From Lama glama (taxonomy: Eukaryota), in the NCBI GenBank assembly GCA_028534125.1, contig CM052816.1, positions 95,916,001-95,980,000 on the forward strand: a stretch of DNA of 64,000 nucleotides, read 5' to 3'. This document shows positions 35,728 through 49,026 of the stretch, in pieces (position 1 is the stretch's first letter; each line of letters begins with the position of its first letter). The notes beneath the pieces were generated by a model, which was not told the origin of the DNA, did not search any database, and saw only the letters and a program-made list of their open reading frames with translations. A program made the translations under genes and the position numbers.

Positions 35728-38700
35728 TCTTAGAGTCTCTTCAGTTCCTGGTGGAAGTGCACAGACTTCAATGCAGGTTTGGACTTGCCACTGAGTGCCT
35801 TTCAGTGGGCTTTTAATTTTTGTGTTTAAATTGGAAGTGTACTATCCCAGAAGAACTGGCCTTGGGGTCTGGACTTCCTGCGTGGGGGGTGTCGGAGACA
35901 GGGCTGATGGGGAGAATAAAAATCGTGACTGGAAGCTTGGCAAAATCATCATTCAGAGACCCAGGCAAAGGGCACAATTAGTGCGTAGCTCAGGCTGGGG
36001 ATGATGTGGGAGACCCGCTGGACCACGTGCCCTTTGTAGCTTCTTTAATTGCGCTGTTGAGGGAACACCCAGTTTAATTAAGCCTGCGGGGGTCAACTGA
36101 GGAACACAAGTCAAAGCACTTCAGGGAAGGCTGCTGCTTGAAGGAGTGTCGGAACCCTCCTGTTTATCTTTCGATGATGCTGTCCTGTCTTTTTAAACCT
36201 CGTTGTTGGGATGGACTTTGATGTCTGCCAATTAGCCATTTTGCCTGATAACAGCCATGTGACCCAAATATATTACACCTTGTGTCAGATTTTTTTTTAA
36301 AAGGCCCTGGTGAAGGAGGCCCTCAGTGCCAGCCATATCCATCCCTGTGTCTTTCCTCTGTATGGGAAGAAAACAATTTTGTAGATGTATTTCTATAAAA
36401 GACCTTGGCGTTAGACTTTTAAGAATTGGTAGAAAGCTAAAGGAATTCATATGAAGACTTAATTAGAGGTACATGCAGAACTTGTAAACTGTGCATGTTT
36501 GAAATGCTTTGCTTTTCTGAGCAATTGGGAGGTCGCTCGCTGTTTCCTTTTCCCATGTTTGCTTCCAGATGATTAATTGGATTTATTTCATTAAATGCTC
36601 CCCGTTTAAGTGGAGTGGAAGCCCAGGGAGTGTTCTGAACATAGTTAACACTTGCTTTGTATTGATCTGCCCTATGCAACACGGTTTGCTGATACTTAGA
36701 GAGAAGGTGTTCAATTCTATAGTAATATTCTTGTTAAAATTATTTAACTGTTAGTTCTGAAGTGAAAAATCTATTTTAAAAACCTTATGGACAACCTGAA
36801 AAATTCCCTGTCATGAAATTCTGCTCCTTTATTGCATTCCAGAGGAGTTAGCCCGTTTTGAAACCAGAAGCACGTTTCTTTGGCTGTCACAGTAAGTTGA
36901 AATGTTCCAAGGGGGTAGCTGGGCTATTTTTAACGAGTTCAGATGTATCCTATGGTGGCTGATTTCCAATGATCCAAAATTAGTCACGGGATCTTGGACA
37001 CCACAGTGTCAGGGTCTCTGACAATTGGCGTGCTCAACATCTTTGAATAGTCAACCTAAATCTAGCACTAGGATTGATTGCTTTGGTCAAACAATGCATC
37101 ATTCTTTGGAGAAAACAAAAGGATAACCTCATTGTGAGCTAAGAGATCAGAAGCTACGGAATTAACGTGCGAGGCAAAGTGGGTGCTGAGTAGAATTGGG
37201 GGCACTTTCAGCCTTTTGGAAGGTGACAGCCTCTTGGTGATGAGGATAGTTCAATACCTCATGGGGACATTTTTATTTATTGGTAGAGCATAAAAAAGAA
37301 CAGCCGAGATTTTTCTCCTTTCCTGTTTTGTTTACATGAAAAGAAGGTCAAAGGGGAAGCTGACGGGACCCCCAGGGCAGGAAAGGCTTCGTGATCACAG
37401 GGGTCTTTCATTTGTGGAAAAAAGGAGAGATACAGTTACCCTCCTGAAAAGAACTCTTCTTACACATGTTGCCCCCAGTCATTCTAGACAGATGACCAGT
37501 TCACTTTGAAAGAATCATATTTACATTTCCCGATGTCTAGAGAAGCACTTCCTTGCTAAGCACACAAGCAGCTCACAGCTGTCCTTTGCAGTGCTTGCTG
37601 ATTTTTGTCCTTCCCTAAGGGTTTCAGTTTGCTGGTAAAGTAATCCACAGTTGACAGAGGATGAGCTAGTTTTTAATAGCTTTATTCTGACAAACCCTTT
37701 CTGTTGTCCTCATTTAAATAGACATGGCAGATGGGAGGTGGGCTAGATTCAAAGGAAGGGAAATGAACTTGGTTAAAGTTTAGTCTCTTGTTTGTTGACT
37801 GCTGACTGCCTTCTAATTGATGTAACTATTCCATAGAATTCCAGAATGTGGAAGACACTGTTGAGGCTGTCCAGTGCTTCTCTTTGTCTGCAGCCAGAGC
37901 CTTTTCTAAACTCTCAGAGAGAGATGGTGATGTATTATGTTCTTAAGAGGGGCTAACCTAAGGGGCTCCATTATAATGTGGGCCATTTGTTTTTACTGTA
38001 GTCCAGATCCAGAGGAGCACTAGGTGAAGGATGGCATTTGGACAACCAAGAAGTGTTGACCAGAACTTTCCTCTGGGCCCTGGGAATACAGCGTGTAGAG
38101 GACAGAGATGGTTTCTGCTCTCTCGGTGCTGAGTTTCCAGCTGGCTTTTCCTTGTCCTGGCAAGGATGCCATTTTTCTCTGGTGTTCGTTCCTCCAGGAC
38201 CTGAATGATGCTTCAGGCACAGTCAGACCTTGAGGATTCCCTAGAGCTTGGAGCCAGGGTGGCCGTGATGACAGGTGGGTGAGTGGGGGATGCAAGCAGT
38301 TGGAACAGTGCTCCTGTCTCCATGCCCTGGCAAGGGTTTCCTCCTTGCTGGGACTAAAGGGAGCCGAGGAAGTTTGGAAGGTGCCCCAGTGGCACAGATC
38401 CTTGGTTGGTACTTGGTCCAGGGCTCTGGGGAGGACCCTTAGCTCAGGATGTACAGCTGCACCCATCAGAACACAGGAAGCAAGGATACCTGTGCTCAGA
38501 TGTGGTTCTCTGGGTCCAGAAATGGCTTCAGGATGACTGAGAGAAAGGTGGAAGAGTTCATTAGCCTTCCTTTTCAGGGTCTTAGAGAAGTTTGCAGTCA
38601 CCTCCCAGGGCTGGCTCAGAGCTCTTCCTCATCAGGGCTGGGTGCTCATGGTATGAGTTGGATAAAGGTGTTTATGTCAATGGCTCCAAACGTGAGATAC

Positions 38701-40785
38701 GTTTCTTGGTGTTTTTTAGAGACAAAATCACGTAACCCACCTTCGTGGCAGGACTGTCATTTCCGGTGTCTAATGCAATCACAGGATGAAGAAGGGAAGC
38801 CGACCTTTCCTGAAAGAGGAGAGACTCGGGATGTGAAAAGGGGAGCTGGCGCTGCAGCAGTCAGGTAACCGAGCTGCTTCAGACCCTCTCCTGCCCAGCG
38901 CGCCTGCCGGGAGCCGCACACACATCCGTGCGTCTCTCACTCTGATCTCCCAGCCTCTGAGCGTAGCGTCTGGGTTTATGCGAAGACTCCTTTATAGGCG
39001 GATTCCAGCCTGCTGGGCACCGTCCCGTTAGACTGTGTGCTTCTGGAGAAGAACCATTTCTCTCTTCCTCCGTGATTCCCAAACGCTCCGGTCCTCTGAG
39101 TTGAGCCACGATCAGTGGGTTACATGACGTCAGAGTGCCAGTGACCATTTACGTTTCTCAGGTTGTCTGCCAGTGCGGGCCAGTCGCCATTTCTCACTGC
39201 ACAGGTGTCTGTGAACTGGGAGAACGAACCCACTCCATCCTGTTTTCTTCCCTTTGTCGTTTATATAAACCCGAAAGAGAAGCACCTTGTTTCAGGATCA
39301 GTGTTGGCAAATGTTTTGGAAATAAAGAAGAAAATATTATAAAGGAGCCCTTTTTTCTTTTTTTTTTTCCCCAGGATGTTGTTTGAGACTTGAAGAGTTG
39401 ATCAATTACATGTGTTGTTTCCTTTTGGATGTTTAATTTGGATGAAGGTGTTCATGTTACAAGTATCCATCAGAACGTAAAACCTGGGGAAAACCTCAAA
39501 ACGTAAAAAATGTGGCTCTCAGTCTAAATGGAATTGTCTGAGCTCCCTCCCATCGCCCGCAGCCCTGTGTGAACACGATTTTTTTCTTTCAGCACGTGGT
39601 CTCTTCGTGGTATAACCCAACACAGCAGAGAATTGCCAACTTGCTTGTGAGATAGTTTCTGGAAACAGGCAGGTTGAAGGCGGCTGGGAGTTGCAGGGTC
39701 AGGAACAGAAGAGGGGCTTCTGAGAAGATGCCCCCAGAACCTCTCTCTCTCCTTCCCACTGGTCCTTTGCTTTGCCTTCTCCTCAGAGGTCACACTGGTC
39801 ACTGAGCCTTTTGGAAATGATACTGAGTCTGTTTGAACCCGACGCCTTTTGGGTTTTGTGGTGCTTGAGTTTCAGGTGACTGATTCCACGTATCGGGGTA
39901 AGGATGAGCAGTGAGAATCTGGGCGGTGGAGTAGCAGAAGGAAACCTTACCTGTACACTCAGTCACCAAAAGGAGCTGTCATTTCACAATTCTCCACCTG
40001 CTTCTTGCTGAAGAGCTTGACACAGAATGAGTGAATAGCTGAAAGCCAACTTTGCAAACGAACCTACGGCATTTTTTTTACAAGGCTCGAAATACCAAGA
40101 GGAGGCCAGTGCAAGCAGGTCACTGACTTATAACATGAACGAAACATTCTGGCTCCAGTCCAGTAGATCTCTTAATCATGTTGGCAGAGGCCTGTAGGTC
40201 AAAGTTGGAAATGTTCCTGACCTAATGAGTGTGCGTGTTTTCTTCTGTTTTAATTGAAGTTTATTAGTGGTGGTTCAGTAGCTTAACGAGAAATAGAGGC
40301 TGAGGTGCTGTATCCAGAAGCTGGCGGGAGGAGGCGGGCAGCTGGTGGGGGAGCAGGCAGAGAGAGAGGGAGGGCTCAGCTGCCCCAGGAAGGGGTAGGC
40401 TGCCTCCCCCGCCGGCCACGTGGCATCCTGACCTCTCAGAAAGGTGCTGACAAGCCTGGCAGCCAGAAAGAAGGCTGCAGGGACTTTTGCTTCGATGATA
40501 CGGGTGGAAAGGATGGGAGGCAAGACTGGCGACCTGACTCAGACAGCTCTCCGCACCCAAGGCCTGGCCACCATCCCTGGATGCTTCCTCAGACCGTGAT
40601 GCAGCTAACAGCTTGGCTGTGCTTTCAGAACTGGAAGGAAGGCTTCTGGTAATAGCCAGAACCATCTGGATACGTGCTGCAACAGGTCTCAAAGCTCAGG
40701 GAAGGCTGCCCTTCTGCCTCTCTCTGTAGAATTTCCAGAAGCATCAATACCTTTTGCAGGTCTGTAAGCACCGTGTCCTATGAAC

Positions 40786-41448
40786 TATCTAATGGCAACA
40801 AAAGTGAAAATAAATAAGTAGGACGACATCAAACTAAAAGGCATCTGCACAGCAAAGGAAACGGTCAATGAAATGAAAAGGCAGCCTATGGAATGGGAGA
40901 AAATATATTTGCAAATCATAAATCTGATAAGGGGATAATATCCAGAATATATAAAGAACTCATACAACTCAATAGCAAAAAACCCAATAATCCAACCTAA
41001 AAATGGGCAAAGGAAATTTTTCTGAGGAAGACGTGCAGATGGCCTGTGTGGAAAGATGCTCAACATCACTAATCATCAGGGAAATGCAAATCAAAATCAC
41101 AAGGAGATAACACCTCACATCTGTTAAAGTGGCTATTATCAAAATGACAAGAACTAACAAGCATTGGCAAGGATGTGGAGAAAAGGGAACCCCTGTGCGC
41201 TGATGGTGGGAATGTAAATTGGTGCAGCCGCTGTGGAAAACAGTATGGAGGTACTTCAAAAAATTTAAAATAGAACCATCATATGATCCAGTAATCCTAC
41301 TTCTGGGTATTTATTTGAGGGAAACGAAGACACTAATTCAAAAAGATATATGCACCACCATGTTTATAGCAGTGTTATTTACAGTAGCCAAGATATGGAA
41401 ACAACCTAAGTGTCCATTAATAGATGAAGACATAAGGAAGGTATGGTG

Positions 41449-41486
<38 letters not shown>

Positions 41487-41760
41487 ACTATTTTTCAGCC
41501 ATTAAAGATAAGGAAATCCTGCCATTCACAACAGCATGGATGGACCTTGAGGGTATTATTCTAAGTGAAATAATTCAGATAGAGAAAGACAAATATGGTA
41601 TGATTCACTTATATGTGGATTTTCAAAACAAACAAACAAAACACCAGAATTCATAGATACAGAGGTCAGATTGGTGGTTGCCAGAGGTGGAGGAGCTGGG
41701 TGGGCAAATTGGTGAAGAGGGTCACAGGCACAAACTTCCAGTATAAAGAAAAAAGAAAAG
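40786..41760 (+). mobile_element. 5'-truncated L1 (end of ORF2 plus part of the 3' UTR), decayed
   Basis: ORF 41219-41656 reads VQPLWKTVWR...YDPVILLLGIY...TMFIAVLFTVAKIWKQPKCP..., the L1 ORF2 C-terminus. Upstream sequence has stops and frameshifts. Confidence 0.95.
41452..41484. repeat. (CA)~16 microsatellite inside the L1
   Basis: Seen directly. Confidence 0.95.
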
Positions 41761-41949
41761 ACCATAAAAGCTTTCCAGACCTCTGGAGCTGGGTTCCTCC
41801 TAAATTCCCTGTAGCTGCGTGGTCCCAGATTAAGTTGTTTTTCTATTTGGAAATTTAGGCAAACAATGTAGTTCTCTTATTTTCAGCTCAGGGCCCTCTT
41901 ATCCTTTTACTCTTCTGAAAAGTTAATACACTACATCGATAAACTCATT

Positions 41950-42400
41950 TGTTTTCAGGATCTATTTGCTGTGTAGCAGATAATCTCAAAATTTAGTGGT
42001 CTTGGCCAATAGTTGGTTATTCTCGCTCACAGTCCTTTGGCTGGGCTGGGCTGGGCCGGATGGTCCTCTTTGGGTCTCTCCTGCAGCTGTGGTCACGTGG
42101 CAGCTGGGGCCAGCGGGCTAGCCCCATCAGAGACTTCCCAGAGCTGGATGTTGAGGATAGTTTCACTCGGACATGTGGCCTCCCTCTTCTTACATGAAGG
42201 CATGGGTTTCAAGAGGCAGAAAACCCAAGTTGCCAGGCTATTTAAAGGCCATGCCCGAACCAAGGATTTCCACTGTATTCTGTTGGTCAGGACAGTCCTA
42301 GGGCTTGCCCAGATTCAGGGGGTTGGAGGAACAGAGTGTTAACTGGTGGGCAGGTGCCAAGGCACACTGCAGAGATCTTGTGTGTTTGTGGGGGAGGTTG
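41950..42400 (-). mobile_element. MaLR LTR (MLT1H/I-like)
   Basis: tatttgctgtgtagcagataatctcaaaatttagtgg...ttccactgtattctgttggtca...gcccagattcagggg. Confidence 0.7.
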
Positions 42401-42719
42401 TGTCAAGGGCCAAAGGGCCGTCTGTGGAGAAGTGCCATCTGCTGCACCATTCCTCGTGCTCAGTGCATAGGAACCCACAGAATAAATGTGTGAGTACTTG
42501 CTTAAGTCAATCACACTCAACTTCATTTCTGTAAAGACAGGATCTGGAAGCCAGTGCCTGGTTACTTCAGAAAGTACCACCTGCAGCGTCCAACATACAA
42601 ATTACAAAATGGGTGATCCTTTTCACTGCAGTAGATTTTCTTTACTCCATGGGCAGATTAGTTGCAAGTTTTCTTTAAGTATCAAGGTCTTCCGGACCTT
42701 TTTGTTCTGGTTACAATGC

Positions 42720-42960
42720 AGTATCGATGTGGTGGTTATGAGAGTGGGTTTTGGATGGAGGTGGCTGGGTTGGTGGCTCAGTTCTACCACGTAGTATCCC
42801 TGCGAACTTGAGGAACATACCCAGTGCCTCTGTGTCTCACTGTCCTCAGTTCTAAAATGACGAGTTGTTCCTGCCTCATAGAGGGTTTGTGAACAGAGAC
42901 TGTTGATGCTTGTGAACTGCCTGCTCTGTGGCGAACACTCGAGGTTGGCAGGTATTACTG
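42720..42960 (+). mobile_element. MIR
   Basis: gtggtggttatgagagtgggttttgga...cagttctaccac...cctctgtgtctcactgtcctcagttctaaaatg...cctcatagaggg. Confidence 0.7.
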
Positions 42961-45005
42961 CTGTGATGATTCGACGAATAGAAATTCTCTTAGCAGGTCA
43001 CGGGTAACGTGTTTCTCTGTTGCACAAGGCTCTTGGCTCAGCCCCTGTCTTAGGTCACCTGCACGGAATGCCCCCACAACACGGAGGAATGAAGGTGGGA
43101 GGAAAAAGCGGACTTTGCTAAAAGTAAAAATGGTTGGAGTGGAGATGGTTGCTTAACTCGACATAAAAGCAAGTATCTATTGACAAATGAATGGAGGGTT
43201 GGTGATGTCTTTTCCTTTGGTTCTGGGAGTTTTCTGTTGGCTCCTGCAGATCCCAGCTCTGGTGGGGATTCACCTGCACGGGCTGCCTCAGAGGCTGGCC
43301 AGCGTCTGCTTTTGGCTGACTTCCCCATGGGAGCCCTGGAGAAGGTGGGCAAGGAAGGCTTGTGCCCCGAGAGGTTTCCGTGGGCTGGCCGCACCCTTCC
43401 AGCCCGGGCCTCAGTGCCCAGCAGGGGCCTCCACACAGCTCTCAGGAAAATTCTTTCTCCTCTCAGCCCAACAGGCCCGGAGATGACAGCTGAGCTGACT
43501 GTGACTCAACCTGGCTCCAAACTCTGCCCTGTGTTTCCCTCCCCAGCTTCTTAGATTATCTTGAGGAAGTCACTGCCATCCTTGTGTGGCAGGGGATTGT
43601 CCTGGTATTTGTGTAGTCACATGAAGCTCACATAGAGTCACATAAAACAGTAGGGGTGAAGCAGGTCATGTGACCAGAAGCATGACCGTGTGCTGACACA
43701 GGACCGGAGTCCTGCCCTTTCATCGCCCCACTCTACTGGGATGGAACCAGGGACCTGAACTGGCATCTCAAGACCCGCTGCCCAGGGTCTCTCGGACCTT
43801 CAGTCACTGATGGCTCTCAGGGAGGAAGTCACCTCTGGAAGGTAGCTAAGGGCTGGCAGCATTTGCAGTAGACAATCAGGAGCAATTGCGTTGTACATCA
43901 GTCTTTCCAAGCTGTCTCATTCTTATTTTGTAAGCTGAAGTCTTCACGGGCAGCGGAGGGCTGGTTTATGTAATTAAAGGCACCTGTGTGTGCTGAGAAT
44001 GAGTTTTGATAAAATCAGTAAACTATTTTACCCTGGACGGGCCTCATAAATGTGGTTTCAGATATATTTAATTTCAGACATGAACACACAAACATCTATT
44101 TACTCGTTGGCTTACATACATGCACCCCACTTGGCTTTCTAGCTGAATCCTAAACCTTAAATGTCTGTTACCACCAGGTTTTAATGTGCTTTTGGAAGAG
44201 AGGAGGGCAGTCCTGACTCAGGCAAATTTCCCTCTTGCTTTCAGCATTTTTATATCTTTGGGAAGCACTTGGTAGCAAGAACTTTACAACTCTGTGTACA
44301 ATACAAACACAAGCTTTATAGCAGATCATATTTTGGATGAAAAGGTGTGGCTTATTAATGAGGAAGAAATGGTCTTTTGTGTTCCTTTTTGATTTGATAA
44401 CCTCCAAGGGGATCCCAATTATCTGAAACACCCATAAGTCTTTAAAATGTAATTACTGCAAACATTGGAATAGTTATTCTTCATGATATAACCCTATAGA
44501 GAGCCATGAGGATAGATATTTCATATAATACAATTTTGGCTGTAGATTCAGTCATTTCACATTTATAGAACTTATCTCCCTAAAATAAAAAATCTATTAT
44601 ACCTTTGTCCCGCCCCTTTGTTGATTTGTGTTTTAAAGAAAAATATACTGTTTCTCTGTCTGGTGTTCAGGGAATTTTGATGTCTCTGAAAACTGTACCA
44701 AACTTTTCTCATTCTGGTTCCAGGTTCCCCCAGTGGGCTTGGCAGACAGTGCCTGGAAGCAAGTGGTGGGGGTGTTTTTGTATGTCCAAGTGGCTGGGGT
44801 GCCCCTTGCATTTGGGTCCTGAGAGCCAGCACGGTCATTATCACCTGTTGCCATCCCTTGAAGAGTCCTTTCCCTTCCGGTTCAAAATCCAACTCTTTCT
44901 CAAGCCCCAGCTCAAATCTGGGCTCTGGAAACACTTCACTCACCTCTCCTGCTCCTGAAATTCTGTTGCCCTTGCCTGTCATTTGATGTAACCATTAGGT
45001 TAAAG

Positions 45006-45223
45006 CAAGCTTGACAAAGTTTGCTCATAAAGGGCCAATTGTTAAATATTTTAGGCTTTGAAGTCCGCATGATCCCTACTGTGACCTAATTGTGCTGTTG
45101 TAGCATGAAAGCAGCTATTGGCAGCGTGCAAAGGAGTGGGTGTGGCTGTGTGCCAATAAAGCTTTATTTACACAAACAGGCTGTGGTTCACATTTGGTCC
45201 ATGGGCTCCAGTTTCGACCCCTG
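45006..45223. mobile_element. MER58A-like hAT MITE
   Basis: taaagggccaattgttaaatattttaggctttg...ggctgtgtgccaataaagctttatttaca...gacccctg. Confidence 0.85.
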
Positions 45224-46027
45224 GCTTAAGCCATATGGAATAGCTATTTTTGTAGTTCAAGAAAAAGTTGGCATTTTCAAGTGATTCAAGCTTATATATT
45301 GTGTACTTTGTTGTAAATCTCATTATCATTAGAATGTGTCTCCTTTGTTCTCCAGATAATCTGAATCTCTCTTGGTCTTTTCTTTTTGTTTGTTTGTTTA
45401 GCTTGTTTCTAGTCTCCCATGGTGTCCAAGTCAAAGCCTGAAGTATTTTGGTCATGCAACAAGTATATGCTTAGTTCATGATTAAAGTGCAGACCCTAAA
45501 CCCCAAATTGCTTCATTGGAAGGCAAGTTATAGTTTATTAAATATTCTCTTGGTTACCCTAAACACTGTTTATGTTAGTAGTGGCTGAGATTTGCTAAGT
45601 CTTTGTACTATGACCAAGGGGATTTTCATAATTCTCGTTGTAGTTGTAGTTGCTGTCTGTGTGTGTTTTCTAGAGGCTACCAAACACATATATGGTGGCT
45701 TACAGCAATGGAAGTTTGTTTTCTCACACTCTGGGAGGCCAGAAGTCAAGACCAAGGTGCCAGTCAGCAGAGTTGGTTCCTTCTGAGGTTGTGAGGGAAA
45801 ATCTGGTCCAGGCCCCTTCCTGGCTTCCTGGCTGTGGTTGCCTGTAGTCCCTGGTGTTCCTTGGCTCGTAGACACATCACTCCAGGCTTTTCCACAGTCG
45901 CATGTGGCATTTGCCCTGTGCATACCCCTATGTCTTTTCTTATAAGGTCATCAATTGGATTAGGGCCTACTCTAATCCAGAGAGACTTCATCTTATTTAT
46001 TTATTTTTTTTGCCACACATTCACACT

Positions 46028-46540
46028 CTTTTTTAAAATTGAAGAATGGTTGATTTACAATATTATATTAGTTTCAGATGTACAACATAGTGATTCAGTA
46101 TTTTTATAGATTATACTCCATTAAAAGTTATTACAAAATAACAGCTATAATTCTCTGTTCTGCAGAATATAACCTTGTTGCTTACCTGCTTTATGTATGG
46201 TTTGTATCGCTTAACTCTACACCACTAAGTTGACCCTCCCCTTTTCCTTGCCCCTTCCCTGGTTTGTTTTCTGCATCTGAGTCAGTTTCTGTTTTGCATA
46301 TGCATTCACTTGTTTTATTTTTTAGATTCCATAAACAAGTGGTATCATATAGTATTTAGCTTTCTCTGTCTGACTTATTTCACTCGGTCCATCCACAGTG
46401 TTGAAACTGGCAAAATTTCATACATTTTTATGGTGAATAATATCCATTGTGTATATATATATACACAGCTTCTTTACCCATTCATCTATTGATGGACACT
46501 TAGGTTGCTTCCATACTTGGTAATTGTAAATAGTGCTGCT
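46028..46540 (-). mobile_element. L1 3' end fragment
   Basis: ttgatttacaatattatattagtttcagatgtacaacatagtgattcag...gatggacacttaggttgcttccat...tgtaaatagtgctgcta. Confidence 0.9.
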
Positions 46541-46541
46541 A

Positions 46542-46684
46542 ATTTTTTTTTTTTCTGGGAGGGTAATTAGGGTATTTATTTATTTATTTACTTACTTACT
46601 TATTTTAACAGAGGTACTGGGGATTGAATCCAGAACCTCATGCATGCTAAGCATGCACTCTACCCCTGAGCTATACCCACCCCC
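46542..46684 (-). mobile_element. vic-1-like SINE
   Basis: gggtaattaggg(tatt)n...gaggtactggggattgaatccagaacctcatgcatgctaagcatgcactctacccctgagctatacccacccc. Confidence 0.9.
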
Positions 46685-47709
46685 AGAAATATCTTGTCTT
46701 AATGTATCTCATTATGTCTGCAAAAATCTTATTTCCAAGTTCATAACCTTCTGAAGTTCCAGGAAGACATGGACTTTGTGGAGGCACGATTCCACTGTTC
46801 AGCCCAGTACACCGTCTGTAAGGGATCGGTGCAGAGTGTTTGGCACCTTGCCCGCATCCTGGTGGGTGGGCTGCCCCCAGTCTTCAGAGACTTTTCTGCC
46901 TCTTGGATTGGTCCTGAGTGACCTGCTTTTGACCTAGAGTGGAGAGTTGCTTTTGATGCCTGATGAACATTTGCTGATTTTATGCCTGGGGGACGCTTCT
47001 TCCAGACCAGCTGCTTATAAGACGGAGTTCACCCAGGAGATAATTATGGTGCCGTAATGATCTCTGGCAATTGATAATTCACTGCTGAAACAATGACTCA
47101 TGTCACCTTCCCTTTGGTCCCTCTTTTTATCTTTTTAACCATTTGTATGATATTAGAGACACTTAGATTGTATTTAATGGCTTTGATTTCTGAGCTTTTG
47201 TAAACAGTTTTGTACTATATACAGTGGCTGCAATTATAGCTAAGATTTGAAAAATTCATTGTGAAGGTTTCCCACTTTGTAAACGTTTACAATTCTGCAT
47301 CTTTATGGGATCCATGGGCATGATTAAGCTTCTCATTTAGAAACTGAAACCACTTTCTTCTAAGGGAGATGATAGTATATGAGCTTTCATCTCTCACGGG
47401 ACCGGGATAAGGTAAGGCTCTAGAAATGCAGTGACATTTAAGCATTTAAAAGCACTCACTATTGCCAATGTGCTTTATTCAGTCCTTCTACTCAGATCAT
47501 ATTGTCCTTTGTAGGGGCTCAGCTTGGCAGTTACTCAGTTCTCTTACGTGCCATTTTCTATTTCATTTTCCTCTTACTTGGAAGCATTAATTCCAGTTCT
47601 ATCTAAGTAAAGGACAGATTTCTTTAGCTTTTAATAGATTTTAAATACTGTTTTACTAACTATGTAAATCAAATCACTTTCTCACTAATTGCCTTATCTT
47701 TTAAAATTT

Positions 47710-49026
47710 AAAAATTTTTATTTTTAATTGAAGTATAGTTGATTTGCCATGTTGTATTAGTTTCAGGTGTACAGCAAAGTGATTGAGTTATACATACATA
47801 TATATATGTTCTTTTTCAGATTCTTTTCCATTATAGGTTATTCTAAGATATTGGATATAGTTCCCTATGCTATACAGTGGGTCCTTATTGTTTATATATT
47901 ATATATATTACCATGTATCTGTTAATCCCAAACTCCTAATTTATCTCTCCCCCACCTTTTGCCTTTGGTAACCATAAGTTTGTTTTCTATGTCTGAGAAT
48001 CTATTTCTGGTTTGTAAATAAGTTTATTTGTGTCATTTTTTATTAGATTCATATATTTGTCTTTCTCTGACTTACTTCACTTAGTGAAGTTTACTTGTGT
48101 TTTGTTGAGGGTTTTTGCATCTATGTTCATCAGCGATGTTGGAACTTTGTGTGTGTGTGTGTGATATCTTTGTCTGCTATTGATACCAGGATGATGGTTG
48201 CCTTGTAGGATGAGTTCAGAGGTGTTCTTTCCTCTGCAAATTTTGGGAATGGTTTCAGAGGGATAGGTGTTGAGTCTTCCCTGAATGTTTGGTAGAATTC
48301 ACCTGTGAAGCCATCTGGTCCTAGACTTTTATTTGTTGGAAACTATTCAATTACTGATTCAATTTCAGTACTGTAACTCATCTGTTTATATTTCTGTTTT
48401 TAAAGACATTTTTGAAACTTGAGGTATAGTTGATTTACAATGTTGTATCAGTTTCTGGTATACAGCATAGTAATTCAGTTATACAAACATATCTAGATAT
48501 ATTCTTTTTTATATGTTTTCATTACAGGTTTCTTCATATTTTCTATTTCTTCCTGGTTCAGTCTTGGGAGATTGTACCTTTCGAAGAACTTGTCCATTTC
48601 TTCTAGTTTGTCCATTTTATTGGCCTGTCGTTGCTTGTAATAGCCTCTTATGATCCTTTGTCTTGCTGTGGTGTTGGTTGTAACTCCTCCTTTTTCCCTT
48701 CTGATTTTATTGATTTGGACCCTCTCCTTTTTTTTTTTTTCTTGGTGAGTCTGGCTTAAGGTTTATCAGTTTTGTTTATCTTTTCAAAGAACCAGTTTTT
48801 AGTTTCATTGATCTTTTCTATTGTTTTCTTTTTTAGTCTCTATTTCATTTGTTTCTGCTCTGATCTTTCTGGTTTCTTTCCTTTTACTAACTTTGAGTTT
48901 TGGTTGTTCTTCTTTCTCTAGTTACTTTAGGTGTTAAGATTAGGTTGTTTATTTGAGATTTTTCTTGTTTTCCGAGGTAAGCTTGTATCACTGTAAACTT
49001 CCTTCTTAGAACTGCTTTTGCTGCAA
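47710..49026 (-). mobile_element. L1 composite: 3' UTR joined to an ORF2 segment, with a nested short L1 3' end at ~48401-48532
   Basis: 3' UTR ttgaagtatagttgattt...; ORF2 reverse motifs ttgagggtttttgcatctatgttcatcag and ttggtagaattcacctgtgaagccatctggtcct. Nested piece flanked by degenerate duplication tttatatttctgttt / ttcatattttctattt. Confidence 0.9.

Larger units (their letters stand above)
45659..46810 (-). mobile_element. MLT1B-like LTR interrupted by a SINE/L1 composite
   Basis: Left part ttctcacactctgggaggccagaagtc...ggattagggcctactctaatccag; right part tctgcaaaaatcttatttcca...ttcagcccagtaca. Confidence 0.85.

Noticed and set aside
41219..41656. 145-aa ORF with real protein similarity
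   Set aside because: Decayed L1 ORF2 C-terminus with a CA microsatellite inside; not a host gene.
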